Positions 50,008 to 59,652 of a stretch of DNA of 64,000 nt are shown in pieces (positions within the stretch are counted from its first letter, which is position 1; each line of letters opens with the position of its first letter). The position numbers and the translations under genes are program-made. The notes beneath the pieces are model-generated. The model had not been told where the DNA came from. It made no database searches and saw only the letters and a list, made by a program, of their open reading frames with translations. The DNA is from an uncultured delta proteobacterium (GTDB lineage: Bacteria; Myxococcota; Myxococcia; Myxococcales; Anaeromyxobacteraceae): the NCBI GenBank assembly GCA_963814585.1, contig CAWFDF010000004.1:352001-416000 (forward strand), in the 5' to 3' direction.

Positions 50008-50053
50008 GTGGGGCTCCGGGTGGTCCGGGTTGAGGTCGAGCGTCGAATCTAGC

Positions 50054-51340
50054 CTACCCGGGTCGCCGCCGGAACCGCTTCCGCGCCGGCCGTGGCAGCG
50101 CCTCGCCCCGGATCAGGTCCGGGTAGGTCTCGCGCTCCCGGGCCAGCAGGGCGCGGTCCCCGTCCACCAGCACCTCGGCGGCGCGCGGCCTGGAGTTGTA
50201 GTTGGAGGCCATGGTGAAGCCGTAGGCGCCGGCGGTCCGGACGCAGAGCAGGTCTCCCTCGGCCGGCAGCACCAGCCGGCGGTTGCGCGCCAGGAAGTCG
50301 CCCGACTCGCAGACCGGGCCGACCACGTCGCAGGTGACGGCCCGGGCGCCCCGGGGCGGCGCCACCACCGGCTCGATGCCATGCCAGGCGTCGTAGAAGG
50401 CCGGCCGGACCAGGTCGTTCATGGCCGCGTCCACCACCACGAAGGTCTTCCGGCCGCTGCGCTTCAGCTGGATGACGCGGGTGATGAGGACGCCGGCGTT
50501 CCCCACCAGCACCCGGCCCGGCTCGAGGTGGACCTCGCCCTCCCAGCCGGCCAGCGCCTCGCGGATGGCGGCGCCGTACTGGTCTGGCGAGGGCGGCTCC
50601 TCGTCGCGGTAGGTGACGCCCAGCCCGCCGCCCACGTCGAGGTGGCGCAGCCGGATGCCGGCCCGCGCCAGGTCGGCCGCCAGCGCCCGCACCCGCCCGA
50701 CCGCGTCGACGAAGGGTCGCAGCGTCGTGATCTGCGAGCCGATGTGGCAGGCCACGCCGCGGACGTCGAGGTGGGGATCCTGGACCGCCGCGTGGTAGAG
50801 CCGCCGCGCCTCGGCGACCGGGACGCCGAACTTGGACTCGCGCAGGCCGGTGGCGATGTAGGGGTGGGTCTTCGGATCCACGTCGGGGTTCACGCGGAGC
50901 GCGACCGGGGCGCGGACCTTGAGCCGCCGCGCCACCGCCGAGAGCCGCTGGAGCTCGCCGGCGCTCTCGACGTTGATGGTGCCGACCCCGGCGTCGAGCG
51001 CGAAGGCCAGCTCGTCGTCCCGCTTGCCGACGCCGCTGAAGACCACTCGGCCCGGGTGGCCGCCGGCCTTGAGCACGCGGTAGAGCTCACCGCCGGAGAC
51101 GATGTCGAAGCCGGCGCCGAGCCTGGCGAAGTGGGCCAGCACCGCCAGGTTGGAGTTGGCCTTGACGGCGTAGCAGATGAGGGCATCCAGGCCCCGCAGC
51201 GAGCCCTTCAGCACCCGCCAGTGCCGGCTCAGCGTCGCCGTCGAGTAGACGTAGAGCGGCGTGCCGTGCACCTCGGCGAGGTCGGCCACCGGGATCCGCT
51301 CGGCGTGGAGCTGGCCGCGGCGCGGCTGGAAGTGGTTCAC
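50054..51340 (-). CDS. lysA: Diaminopimelate decarboxylase
   Basis: YAVKANSN, HIGSQ, DVGGGLG, EPGR, GPVCESGD, SNYNSRPR. Confidence 0.96.
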   Translation of the reverse strand: MNHFQPRRGQLHAERIPVADLAEVHGTPLYVYSTATLSRHWRVLKGSLRGLDALICYAVKANSNLAVLAHFARLGAGFDIVSGGELYRVLKAGGHPGRVVFSGVGKRDDELAFALDAGVGTINVESAGELQRLSAVARRLKVRAPVALRVNPDVDPKTHPYIATGLRESKFGVPVAEARRLYHAAVQDPHLDVRGVACHIGSQITTLRPFVDAVGRVRALAADLARAGIRLRHLDVGGGLGVTYRDEEPPSPDQYGAAIREALAGWEGEVHLEPGRVLVGNAGVLITRVIQLKRSGRKTFVVVDAAMNDLVRPAFYDAWHGIEPVVAPPRGARAVTCDVVGPVCESGDFLARNRRLVLPAEGDLLCVRTAGAYGFTMASNYNSRPRAAEVLVDGDRALLARERETYPDLIRGEALPRPARKRFRRRPG

Positions 51341-51561
51341 CCAGGCCCCCCGGAGGGCGCGGCCGGCGCGGCCGGCGGCGCGGCGGACTCCTCGTCGGCC
51401 GGGTCGGGACCGGCGCCCAGGCCGCCGGGCTCCCCGGACGGCCGGAAGAGCGGGTGCGGCGGCGAACGATCCGGCGCTCCCGCGGCCCGCGGCGGGGCCT
51501 TCACGCCGCAGCCCGCCAGCACCACCAGCAGCGCCCCGGCGGCCCGCGCCCCGCGCGTCAC
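51337..51561 (-). CDS. Small lipoprotein (LptM/YifL-like)
   Basis: [10 protein letters not shown] lipobox; 4-nt overlaps with argH and lysA. Confidence 0.6.
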   Translation of the reverse strand: MTRGARAAGALLVVLAGCGVKAPPRAAGAPDRSPPHPLFRPSGEPGGLGAGPDPADEESAAPPAAPAAPSGGPG

Positions 51562-52958
51562 CTCCGGATCCCCAGCGCCCGCTCCCAGCGGCGCAGCTCG
51601 CCGGCCACCGCCTTCGGGCCGGGCGCCCCGGGGAGCTCGCGGCGCGAGAGCGAGCGGCGCGCGTCGAAGCAGCGGAGCACGTCGGCGTCGAAGCGCGGAT
51701 GGAGGGAGCGCCACTCGGCCGCGTCGAGGGCGGCCAGCGGCTTGCCGAGCCGGCCGGCCAGCCTGGCCGCGGCGCCGACCGCCTCGTGCGCCTCGCGGAA
51801 GGGGACGCCCCGCTCGACCAGGTACTCGGCGGCGTCGGTGGCCAGCGCCTCGCCGCCCCCCAGCGCCTCCTCCATCCGGCCGGCGTGGAAGGTGGCCGTC
51901 TCCACCGCGCCGGCCAGCGCGTCGGTGGTGAGGGCCAGCGCCTCCGGCCCGGAGAGCAGGGGCCGCTTGTCCTCCTGGAGGTCGCGGTTGTAGCTGAGCG
52001 GCAGGTTCTTGACGATGGAGAGCAGCGTCACCAGGTCGCCGATGGCGCGGCCGGCGCGGCCACGGGCCAGCTCGCCGACGTCGGGGTTCTTCTTCTGCGG
52101 CATCAGCGACGAGCCGGTGGCGAAGGCGTCGTCGAGGGTCATGAAGCCGAACTCGCGGGTGGTCCAGAGGACGATCTCCTCGCCGAGGCGGGAGAGGTGG
52201 ACGGCGGCCAGCGCCACCGCGAAGAGCAGCTCGATGGCGCTGTCGCGGTCGCTCACCGCGTCGAGCGAGTTCCGCGTCACCCCGGCGAGGCCGAGCGCCC
52301 TGGCCACCGCCTGGCGATCGAGCTTCAGCGTCGTGGCGGCCAGGGCCCCGGACCCGAGCGGCGAGACGGCGGCGCGGGCCCGCACCTCGGCGAGCCGCTG
52401 CCAATCCCGCCCCAGCATCTCCACGTGGGCGAGCAGGTGGTGGGCCAGCGAGACCGGCTGGGCCCGCTGCAGGTGGGTGTAGCCGGGGAGGATGGTGTCC
52501 TGGTGCCGGCGCGCCTGCCCGCAGAGGGCGCGCTGCAGCCTCGCCAGGGCCGCGTCGGTGCGCTCGCAGGCGCCGACGATGAAGAGCCGCTCGTCGAGCG
52601 CCACCTGATCGTTGCGGCTGCGCCCGGCGTGCAGGTACCCGGCGTCGGCGCCGGTCAGCTCGCCGAGCCGGCGCTCGACGTGGGTGTGGACGTCCTCGAG
52701 GGCCGGGTCGAAGCGGATGGTCCCGGCGGCGAACTCGGCGCGGACCTGCTCGAGCGCCTTCACCAGCCGCCGGGCCACGGCGGCCGGGACGATGCCCTGC
52801 CGCGCCAGCATGGTGACGTGGGCCTGCGAGCCGCGGATGTCCTCGGCGTAGAGGGCACCGTCGTCCTGGATGGAGACGGAGAGGGCCACCAGCCTCGGGT
52901 CGGCGTCGCCGGCGAGCGCGGCGCGGGAGACCGGCTTCGCCCTGTTCTTGCGGGTCAT
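51558..52958 (-). CDS. argH: Argininosuccinate lyase
   Basis: [51 protein letters not shown]. Confidence 0.96.
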   Translation of the reverse strand: MTRKNRAKPVSRAALAGDADPRLVALSVSIQDDGALYAEDIRGSQAHVTMLARQGIVPAAVARRLVKALEQVRAEFAAGTIRFDPALEDVHTHVERRLGELTGADAGYLHAGRSRNDQVALDERLFIVGACERTDAALARLQRALCGQARRHQDTILPGYTHLQRAQPVSLAHHLLAHVEMLGRDWQRLAEVRARAAVSPLGSGALAATTLKLDRQAVARALGLAGVTRNSLDAVSDRDSAIELLFAVALAAVHLSRLGEEIVLWTTREFGFMTLDDAFATGSSLMPQKKNPDVGELARGRAGRAIGDLVTLLSIVKNLPLSYNRDLQEDKRPLLSGPEALALTTDALAGAVETATFHAGRMEEALGGGEALATDAAEYLVERGVPFREAHEAVGAAARLAGRLGKPLAALDAAEWRSLHPRFDADVLRCFDARRSLSRRELPGAPGPKAVAGELRRWERALGIRR

Positions 52959-53002
52959 TTCGACCGTGGACGCTACCACGGCCGGAGGCTCCGGGCGGCG
53001 CC

Positions 53003-54856
53003 CTAGAAGCGCGCCGCCAGGCCGAACCGGAGCGTCCAGGCCCGGGACAGGTTGCCGGCGCCGTCGAAGGCGGACAGCGGCTGGAAGACGCCGGCGGCGC
53101 CCCAGGCCGAGAAGCCCTCGTCGCTGGTGAGCGTCAGCTTGGTGTCGCCCTCGATGCCGAGCATGGTGCTGCCGCCGGTGCCGTTCTCCGGCACGGTGGA
53201 CGGGGTCGACGACTTGTTGAGCGTCTGGGAGAAGATGGCCGCGGCGTCCCAGGCCAGCCCGCCGACGATGTCGACGCGGATGCTCGGCTTGGCGTACCAG
53301 GCGTCGGTCACCTGCCCCATGATGTCGCGCCAGAAGATCAGGTCGGGCTGGTAGCCGGGGTTGAAGCGGAAGTTCTGGATGTCGTCGTCGCCGGTCGCCA
53401 GGTTGTACTGCGTCCCCTCGAAGACCGCCGCGTACGGCGCCTTGGTCTGGTCGGCGTTGGCCATCCAGGGACGGTTGCCGAAGCCCGGCGCCCCGTCGCC
53501 GGAGGCGATGGCCAGCTCGAGCCCGAGCGTCACCTTGTTGGGCGAGACCTGGTAGCTGGTGCGGAGCGCGGCGCCGTACTGCTTGGCCTGGATCGGCACC
53601 TCCTTGCCGTTGAGCGGCCTGGTCGTATCCGCCGTGCCGTATCCGGAGTCCATGGTCGGGTTGTTGACGTGGCCCTGGAGCCAGGTCCCCTCCAGCTCCG
53701 CGGTGAAGCGCGGCGACCGGTACCTCATCCAGAGGTCGACCTGGTGGTCGGTCTCGCCGCGGTTGACCACGTCGTCGGCCGTCACCGCGGGCGTCCCCAG
53801 GTGGGTGTCGAGCGGGAACTGGTCGGTGGCGCCGACGAAGACGTTGGACAGCGTGGTGTACTCGTAGAAGGCGCCGTAGTTGAAGCTCGACTCGCCGCGC
53901 CCCAGCTTGCGCCGCAGGTCGTCGGCGGTGTCGAGCTTGACCACCTTGAGGCCGAGCACGCGGCCGTTGCCCGAGGTCTCCAGGATGAAGGGCTGGCCGG
54001 ACCCGGTGCCGACGAGCGACGTCTTGGACCAGCGCGGGTCGCCCTGCAGCGGCCCGTTGGCGAAGAAGTCCAGGTAGGGGATGAAGGTGATGTTCCCGAG
54101 CACGGTGGCCACCGGCATGGTGGCGAACTGGATCCGGTCGGCGATGTTGCCGAAGTCGTCGTCGAGCCCGTCCTGCGCCGGGGCCACGATGCCGAGCCCC
54201 CAGACCGACGGCATGCGCCCGAAGGAGAGGAGGCCGACCGGCGTCTCCACCTCGCCCCAGGCCAGCTTCAGGTTGACGACCGGGCGGTCGGTCAGGACCG
54301 CGCCGCTGTAGGCCGCGCCGGCGTCGATGGGACGCGAGCCGAGCACGTAGTTGTCGAACAGGTCGATCTCGAACCGGACCCGCACCCGCTCCGAGGCGTT
54401 GAGCGTGGGCAGGAGCCGCAGCCGCATGTTGGCGCTGGTCATGGTGCTGCGGGGGTTGGGGGCGCCGTCCAGGTTCCCGGGGAGCACCGGCCCGGGGTAG
54501 ACGTAGTTGCCGGCGGGGCCGCCCGCGACGGTGTACCGGCCGCCGGCGTTGTCGGCGGCGCGGTGGAGGTCGTAGTTGTCCTTCAGGTCGCCACGGACGC
54601 GGAAGTAGCCGTCCAGCTCGACGTACTGCAGCCTCGGGCCCTGCGCCGTGGCGCCGGCGAACTCGGCGGTGGCCTGGGCGGTCTGGAGCTCCTGCCGGAC
54701 CTCCTCGCGCATCTCCTGCTTGGCCTTCTCCACCGCCTGCTTCACCAGCGCCTCCACCTGGGGGTCGACCGGCGCGTCCTTCCTCGGCTCGTCGGCGCGG
54801 GCGCCAGCGGCGAGCAGCAGGGCCGCGAGCGCGGCGATGGCGGTGGAGCGGGACAT
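53003..54856 (-). CDS. Myxobacterial outer-membrane protein, TIGR04551-like
   Basis: Signal peptide; [48 protein letters not shown]; terminal F. Confidence 0.75.
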   Translation of the reverse strand: MSRSTAIAALAALLLAAGARADEPRKDAPVDPQVEALVKQAVEKAKQEMREEVRQELQTAQATAEFAGATAQGPRLQYVELDGYFRVRGDLKDNYDLHRAADNAGGRYTVAGGPAGNYVYPGPVLPGNLDGAPNPRSTMTSANMRLRLLPTLNASERVRVRFEIDLFDNYVLGSRPIDAGAAYSGAVLTDRPVVNLKLAWGEVETPVGLLSFGRMPSVWGLGIVAPAQDGLDDDFGNIADRIQFATMPVATVLGNITFIPYLDFFANGPLQGDPRWSKTSLVGTGSGQPFILETSGNGRVLGLKVVKLDTADDLRRKLGRGESSFNYGAFYEYTTLSNVFVGATDQFPLDTHLGTPAVTADDVVNRGETDHQVDLWMRYRSPRFTAELEGTWLQGHVNNPTMDSGYGTADTTRPLNGKEVPIQAKQYGAALRTSYQVSPNKVTLGLELAIASGDGAPGFGNRPWMANADQTKAPYAAVFEGTQYNLATGDDDIQNFRFNPGYQPDLIFWRDIMGQVTDAWYAKPSIRVDIVGGLAWDAAAIFSQTLNKSSTPSTVPENGTGGSTMLGIEGDTKLTLTSDEGFSAWGAAGVFQPLSAFDGAGNLSRAWTLRFGLAARF

Positions 54857-54923
54857 GGAGACCTCTCGAAGGTGGTCGGAAACGGGTCCATACACCACGG
54901 GGCCCGTGGACGGTCAAGACGCC

Positions 54924-55319
54924 TCAGCCCTGCTTCAGCTCCACCAGCACGCCCCGGCTTCCCCTGGGGTGCACGAAGGCCACCCTGGAGCCGCCGGCCC
55001 CGGCCCGCGGGACCTTGTCGAGCAGCGGGGCGCCGCCGGCCGAGAGGGCGTCCATGGACTGCTGGATGTCGGCCACGGCGAGGCAGACGTGGTGCAGCCC
55101 CTCCCCCTTCTCCTGGATCCGCCTGGCCAGCGGGCTCTCCGGATCGGTCGGGCAGACCAGCTCCAGCCGGCCCAGCCCGTGCCCGAAGATCGCGACCCGG
55201 ACCTTCTCGGAGGGCACCTCCTCGATCTCGTCGAGGTGGAGGCCGTAGACGTCGCGGTAGAGCTTCACCGCGGCGTCGAGGTCGGAGACGAGGATGGCGA
55301 CGTGGTCGAGTCCGGTCAT
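54924..55319 (-). CDS. mce: Methylmalonyl-CoA epimerase (VOC family)
   Basis: LDHVAI, GEGLHHVC, PRAGAGGSRVAFVHP, GVLVEL. Confidence 0.9.
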   Translation of the reverse strand: MTGLDHVAILVSDLDAAVKLYRDVYGLHLDEIEEVPSEKVRVAIFGHGLGRLELVCPTDPESPLARRIQEKGEGLHHVCLAVADIQQSMDALSAGGAPLLDKVPRAGAGGSRVAFVHPRGSRGVLVELKQG

Positions 55320-55350
55320 GGGGCTCCAGGAGGGGTGGGGTTGGAGGGAG

Positions 55351-56877
55351 TCAGCGCTCCGGCTTCACCTCGACGCCCTCCACGCGGAGCGCGCCGAGCA
55401 GGCCGATGGCGTCGACCTGGGTGCCGGTGCCGAGGGCGACATGGGTGGCGTCGGCCACCGGCTGGCCGAAGGTCGGGTCGATGGCGATCCACTCGCCGGC
55501 CGACAGCACCTCGACCCAGGCGTGCCAGTAGAGCGCGTCCTTGGCGTCGGCGTAGCGGGCGTAGACCAGGCCGTGGACCTGCCGCGCCGGGATCCCCAGC
55601 GCGCGCGCCAGCGCCACCAGCAGGATCGAGTGCTCGGTGCAGTCTCCCTTGCCGGCGGCCAGCACGTCGCTGGCGCGGTCGTTGGACGCGCCGTAGGCCT
55701 TCTCCAGCCGGCGGTTGACCAGCTCCGAGAGGCGCAGCGCCGCGGCATACCTCCCCTTCACGTCGCCAGCCACCTCGGTCGCCAGCGCCACCACCGCCGG
55801 CGCGTCCGAGTCGACGGTGGGGTTGGGGGCCACCAGCTCCGGGTCGGGGCCGGGCGTCGTGCGTGGCGTGTCCCGGGCCGGATCGACGGCGGCCGGCAGC
55901 CGCGCCTTCACGGTGAGGAGCGTCGAGCCGTCCGCGCCGCTGACGAAGCCCTGGCGGGCGTCGGGCCGCCGGAAGGCGTCGGGGAGCCCCGCCAGCCGGT
56001 AGGTCACGGTGGCCGGCACCGTCCTGGGGAGCGGCCCGGGGAGCACCACCCGCGACATGGCGAAGAGGTCGATGGCCTCGAGCTTCCGCGCCGCCTCGGC
56101 GCTCTCGGGGCGGGCCACGATCGACCCGCCGATCCGGATCTCCACCACGCGGCCGTCGTCGGCCACCCGGTACTCGGTGGCCAGCCGATCGCCCACCTCG
56201 GCCTCCGAGACCACCGACACCTCGGCCTCGACGCCGGCGCCCGCCACCCGCTCCCGCTTCACGAACCGCTGCTCCAGCTCGCGCACCCGCAGCTTCTCCA
56301 GGTCGAGCTGCGGGCCCAGCACCGTGGCGCGCCGCGCCGCCGAGAGCCGGACCCCTTCGGCCTGGTCGAGGGTCTCGGCCACCAGCCCCAGCGGCCGCTC
56401 CTGCGGGGCGCCGGCGCCGGCGACGAGGCGGGCGGTGCAGCCGGACGGGGCGCACCGGCCGCTGACGGTCCGGTCCCCGCCGTCGCCGCTCCACTCGGCC
56501 CGGAAGGAGAGGAGGCGCCCGGCCGGCCTGGCCTCGTAGATCCGCTGCTCGATCACCTTCCGGGAGACGGTCTTGTCGCCCACGGTGGCGGAGAGGAGCG
56601 TCTCGCTGGTGGCCACCATCACGTCGCGGCCGTCGCGCGGCTCGCGCTTGAGCTCGGTGCGGGTCCAGCCGGCCTTCTTGCCCATCAGGTAGAGCCCGAA
56701 CCACTCCGCCCCAGCCGGGCGGCGCAGGGCCATGGCGTCGACGGTGGCGGGGGAGGTGGTGCGGGTGCCCGGCAGCGTCGGGCCCGGGGCCTGGGGGGCG
56801 TGGCGGGTCGCGGCCTCGGGGCAGGCGACGAGGCCCACGGCGAGGCCGAGGGCGGCGGCGAGGCGAGGGGCGCGCAT
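55351..56877 (-). CDS. Transglutaminase-domain lipoprotein
   Basis: Lipobox LVAC; GDCTEH, ALARALGIPAR, HAWVEV, IDPT. Confidence 0.88.
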   Translation of the reverse strand: MRAPRLAAALGLAVGLVACPEAATRHAPQAPGPTLPGTRTTSPATVDAMALRRPAGAEWFGLYLMGKKAGWTRTELKREPRDGRDVMVATSETLLSATVGDKTVSRKVIEQRIYEARPAGRLLSFRAEWSGDGGDRTVSGRCAPSGCTARLVAGAGAPQERPLGLVAETLDQAEGVRLSAARRATVLGPQLDLEKLRVRELEQRFVKRERVAGAGVEAEVSVVSEAEVGDRLATEYRVADDGRVVEIRIGGSIVARPESAEAARKLEAIDLFAMSRVVLPGPLPRTVPATVTYRLAGLPDAFRRPDARQGFVSGADGSTLLTVKARLPAAVDPARDTPRTTPGPDPELVAPNPTVDSDAPAVVALATEVAGDVKGRYAAALRLSELVNRRLEKAYGASNDRASDVLAAGKGDCTEHSILLVALARALGIPARQVHGLVYARYADAKDALYWHAWVEVLSAGEWIAIDPTFGQPVADATHVALGTGTQVDAIGLLGALRVEGVEVKPER

Positions 56878-56989
56878 GCCGGGGTTGTACCAAATTCCGG
56901 CCGCGACGAGGCCGCCGGCCGCGGCGAGAGGATCGGTGCTCCCGCGGGTCGGCTTGCATGCGAGGAGGCACTCACCGAGGATCGTGCCC

Positions 56990-57577
56990 ATGGGCCTGGT
57001 CTGGACCTTCCTGGTCGCCGCCGCCGTGGTCACCGCCGCCTTCACCGGCTCGGTGGCCGCGCTGACCAGCGCCATCGCCGAGTCGGCCGGCAAGGCGGTC
57101 AGCGTCTCGATCGGGCTGATCGGCGTCATGACGCTCTGGCTCGGGCTGATGCGGGTGGCCGAGGAGGCCGGGCTGGTCACGCAGGTGGCGCGGCTGGTGC
57201 GGCCGGTGATGCTCCGCCTCTTCCCCGAGGTGCCGCCGGGCCACCCGGCGCTGGGCTCCATGGTGCTCAACCTCTCCGCCAACCTGCTCGGCCTCGGGAA
57301 CGCCGCCACCCCGTTCGGCGTGCGGGCCATGCAGGAGCTGGAGACGCTCAACCCCCGACCGGGCGTGGCCACCGACGCCCAGGCCCTCTTCGCCGCCATG
57401 AACACCGCCTCCCTCCAGCTGGTGCCGGCCACCGTCATTGCCCTGCGCGCCGGGGCCGGCTCGCGCGCGCCGGCCGAGATCCTGGGCGCCACGCTGGTGG
57501 CCAGCGCCTGCGGCGTGGTGGTGGCGGTGGCCGTGGCGCGCCTGCTGGCCCGTCTCCACGTCGGTGACTCCGCGTGA
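56990..57577 (+). CDS. spmA: SpmA-like (nucleoside recognition domain) membrane protein
   Basis: LWLGLMRVAE.AGL, ANLLGLGNAATPFG..AM.EL. Confidence 0.9.
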   Translation: MGLVWTFLVAAAVVTAAFTGSVAALTSAIAESAGKAVSVSIGLIGVMTLWLGLMRVAEEAGLVTQVARLVRPVMLRLFPEVPPGHPALGSMVLNLSANLLGLGNAATPFGVRAMQELETLNPRPGVATDAQALFAAMNTASLQLVPATVIALRAGAGSRAPAEILGATLVASACGVVVAVAVARLLARLHVGDSA

Positions 57578-58110
57578 GGCTCGTGCTCGACGCCATCTCG
57601 GCGTGGGCCGTGCCGCTCCTGCTGGCCGGCATCCCGCTCTACGCCCTGGCCCGGAAGGTGAACGTCTACGCCGCCTTCCTGGAGGGGGCGAAGGGCGGCT
57701 TCGAGACCGGGGTGCGGATCGTACCGCCGCTGGTGGCGGTGCTGGTGGCGCTGGGGATGCTCCGCTCCTCGGGCGCGCTGGAGGCCGCGGCCCGGGCGCT
57801 GGCGCCCCTGCTCGACCCGCTCGGCATCCCGGCCAGCGTGCTGCCGCTGGTGGTGATCCGTCCGCTCTCGGGCGGGGCGGCGCTGGGCGTGGTGGGCGAC
57901 GTGCTGCGGGCCGAGGGGCCCGACTCCTACGCCGGCCGGCTGGCCTCGGTGATGTGCGGCTCCACCGAGACCACCTTCTACGTGCTGGCGGTCTACTTCG
58001 GCGCGGCCGGGATCACCCGCTACCGCCACGCCCTGCCCGCCGCCCTGCTGGCGGACCTGGCGGGCATGACGGCCGCGGTGGTGGTGGTGCGGCTGCTCTT
58101 CGGCGGGTGA
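57574..58110 (+). CDS. spmB: SpmB-like membrane protein
   Basis: VYAAFLEGAKGG, RPLSG, GSTETTFYVLAVYFGA. Confidence 0.92.
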   Translation: MRLVLDAISAWAVPLLLAGIPLYALARKVNVYAAFLEGAKGGFETGVRIVPPLVAVLVALGMLRSSGALEAAARALAPLLDPLGIPASVLPLVVIRPLSGGAALGVVGDVLRAEGPDSYAGRLASVMCGSTETTFYVLAVYFGAAGITRYRHALPAALLADLAGMTAAVVVVRLLFGG

Positions 58111-58119
58111 CGCCCGGGG

Positions 58120-59406
58120 TCAGCCCTTCGTGCCCGGGTCGAAGGTGCCCGAGGCCCGCAGCACGCGCACCGCCGCCAGCTGCGCCTGGAGCGCCTCGGT
58201 GGCGTACTGGATCTCGGCGTTGCGCAGCGCCGAGGTGGCGTCGGCCTGCTCCACCGCGGTGGCGGCGCCGGCCTTGAAGGAGACGTCCACCAGCCGCTGG
58301 TTCTCGGCGGCCAGATCGCGCTGCTCCTTGGCCTTCCTGGTGTTGGCGCGCGCCGACTCGAGGTCGAGCAGCGCGCTGCGCACCTCGGCCTGGGCCCGGT
58401 TCTCCAGCGCTCGCCGGCTGAACTCGGCCTCGGCCATCTTGGCGCTGGTGTCGCGCAGCTCGGCCTCGCGCAGGCCGCCGTCGAGGATGGTCCAGTTGAG
58501 CGACAGGCCGACCGTCCAGGCCTCCTTGGCGCCGGTCAGGCCGGCTGGATCGGCATAGGTGGCGCGGCCGAAGGCGGCCACCGTCGGGAGGTAGCGCATG
58601 GCCGAGGAGCGGCGCAGCGAGGCGTAGACCCCCTCCTGGCTGCGGGCCGCCTTGAGGTCGAGCCGGTTGTCGAGCGCCGCCTGCTCCAGCCCGCTGGTGT
58701 CGGCCGGCAGCGGCGGCTCGACCGGCTCCACCACGTCGAAGTCGGGCTTGCGGTCGAGCAGCACGGCCAGCGCCAGCCGGGCCCCCTCGTAGTTGTTCCT
58801 GGCCCGGATCAGGTCCTGCTCGGCGCGGCTGAAGTCGATGTCGGCGCGGAGCCTGGCCACCTTGGCGATGGTGCCGGCCTTGTAGCGGACGGCAGCGTCC
58901 TTCGACTGCCGCTCGGCCATCTCCTGGAGCTGCTGGGCCACGTCGACCAGCCGCCTCATCGAGGCCACCATGTAGTAGGCCTGGGCCACGCCGAAGAGGA
59001 GGTCGCGGCGGGTGTTCTCCACGCCGTAGGTGGTGGCGTCCTCGGCCTGGTAGGCGCTCTGGATGGCGAACCAGAGCTGCGGCGCCAGCAGCACCTGGGT
59101 GGCCTGCGCCTGCCCGGCCAGCTGCGTCCGGGGCTGGATGGTGGCGGTGATGGTGCCACCGGCTCCGTCCGGCAGCTGGAACGCGGCGAGCCGGTCGTTC
59201 TGGTTCCAGGCCCCCGACACGCCGATCTGCAGCAGGTGGCCGCTCCAGGCCTTCCAGACGCTGGCCTTGGCCTGGGTCACCCTGGTCCGGGCCGCCTGCA
59301 GGTCGAGGTTGACCTCGTCGGCGCGGCGGAGCGCCTCCTGGAGGGTCAGTGTCTGCGGGGCCTGCGCCAGCGAGAGCGCCAGCAGGGCCGTGGTCAGGGT
59401 CGTCAT
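58120..59406 (-). CDS. TolC-family outer membrane efflux protein
   Basis: LTLQEAL, VAQAYY, RYKAG, LNWTILDGG, FKAGAAT; AGGAG RBS. Confidence 0.9.
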   Translation of the reverse strand: MTTLTTALLALSLAQAPQTLTLQEALRRADEVNLDLQAARTRVTQAKASVWKAWSGHLLQIGVSGAWNQNDRLAAFQLPDGAGGTITATIQPRTQLAGQAQATQVLLAPQLWFAIQSAYQAEDATTYGVENTRRDLLFGVAQAYYMVASMRRLVDVAQQLQEMAERQSKDAAVRYKAGTIAKVARLRADIDFSRAEQDLIRARNNYEGARLALAVLLDRKPDFDVVEPVEPPLPADTSGLEQAALDNRLDLKAARSQEGVYASLRRSSAMRYLPTVAAFGRATYADPAGLTGAKEAWTVGLSLNWTILDGGLREAELRDTSAKMAEAEFSRRALENRAQAEVRSALLDLESARANTRKAKEQRDLAAENQRLVDVSFKAGAATAVEQADATSALRNAEIQYATEALQAQLAAVRVLRASGTFDPGTKG

Positions 59407-59450
59407 GGGTTCTGCTCCTCCGAGAAGGCCGTCGGCTTCACCCGAGCCAT

Positions 59451-59540
59451 CCTTCGTCCGGCCGGATCGCGGTGCACCCGCAGTCCCTTCGTCCGGCCGG
59501 ATCGCGGTGCATCCGTAGTCGCCGAGGCGGCCCCTGTCAA
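59451..59540 (-). promoter_or_regulatory. tolC promoter with a duplicated 35-bp operator-like unit
   Basis: TTGACA at 59535-59540 (minus); 35-bp tandem repeat 59451-59485/59486-59520 (2 mismatches) containing near-palindromic GCGGTGCA(C/T)CCG. Confidence 0.6.
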
Positions 59541-59652
59541 GCCGCCGGGCGGTGCGGGCGGGCGGGCCCGGCGGCTGGTGCCGCGCCCCAGGCAAGGTGC
59601 CTCTTGCGAGAAGACCGGCTCTCTCGTCACGTCGTCTTGCCTGGGCGCGGCC

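Noticed and set aside
51558..54917. 1119-aa ArgH fusion
   Set aside because: The upstream part is an off-frame reading of the TIGR04551-like gene; ArgH starts at 52958
56990..58110. spmAB as evidence of endospore formation
   Set aside because: SpmA/SpmB homologs are common in non-endospore-forming bacteria
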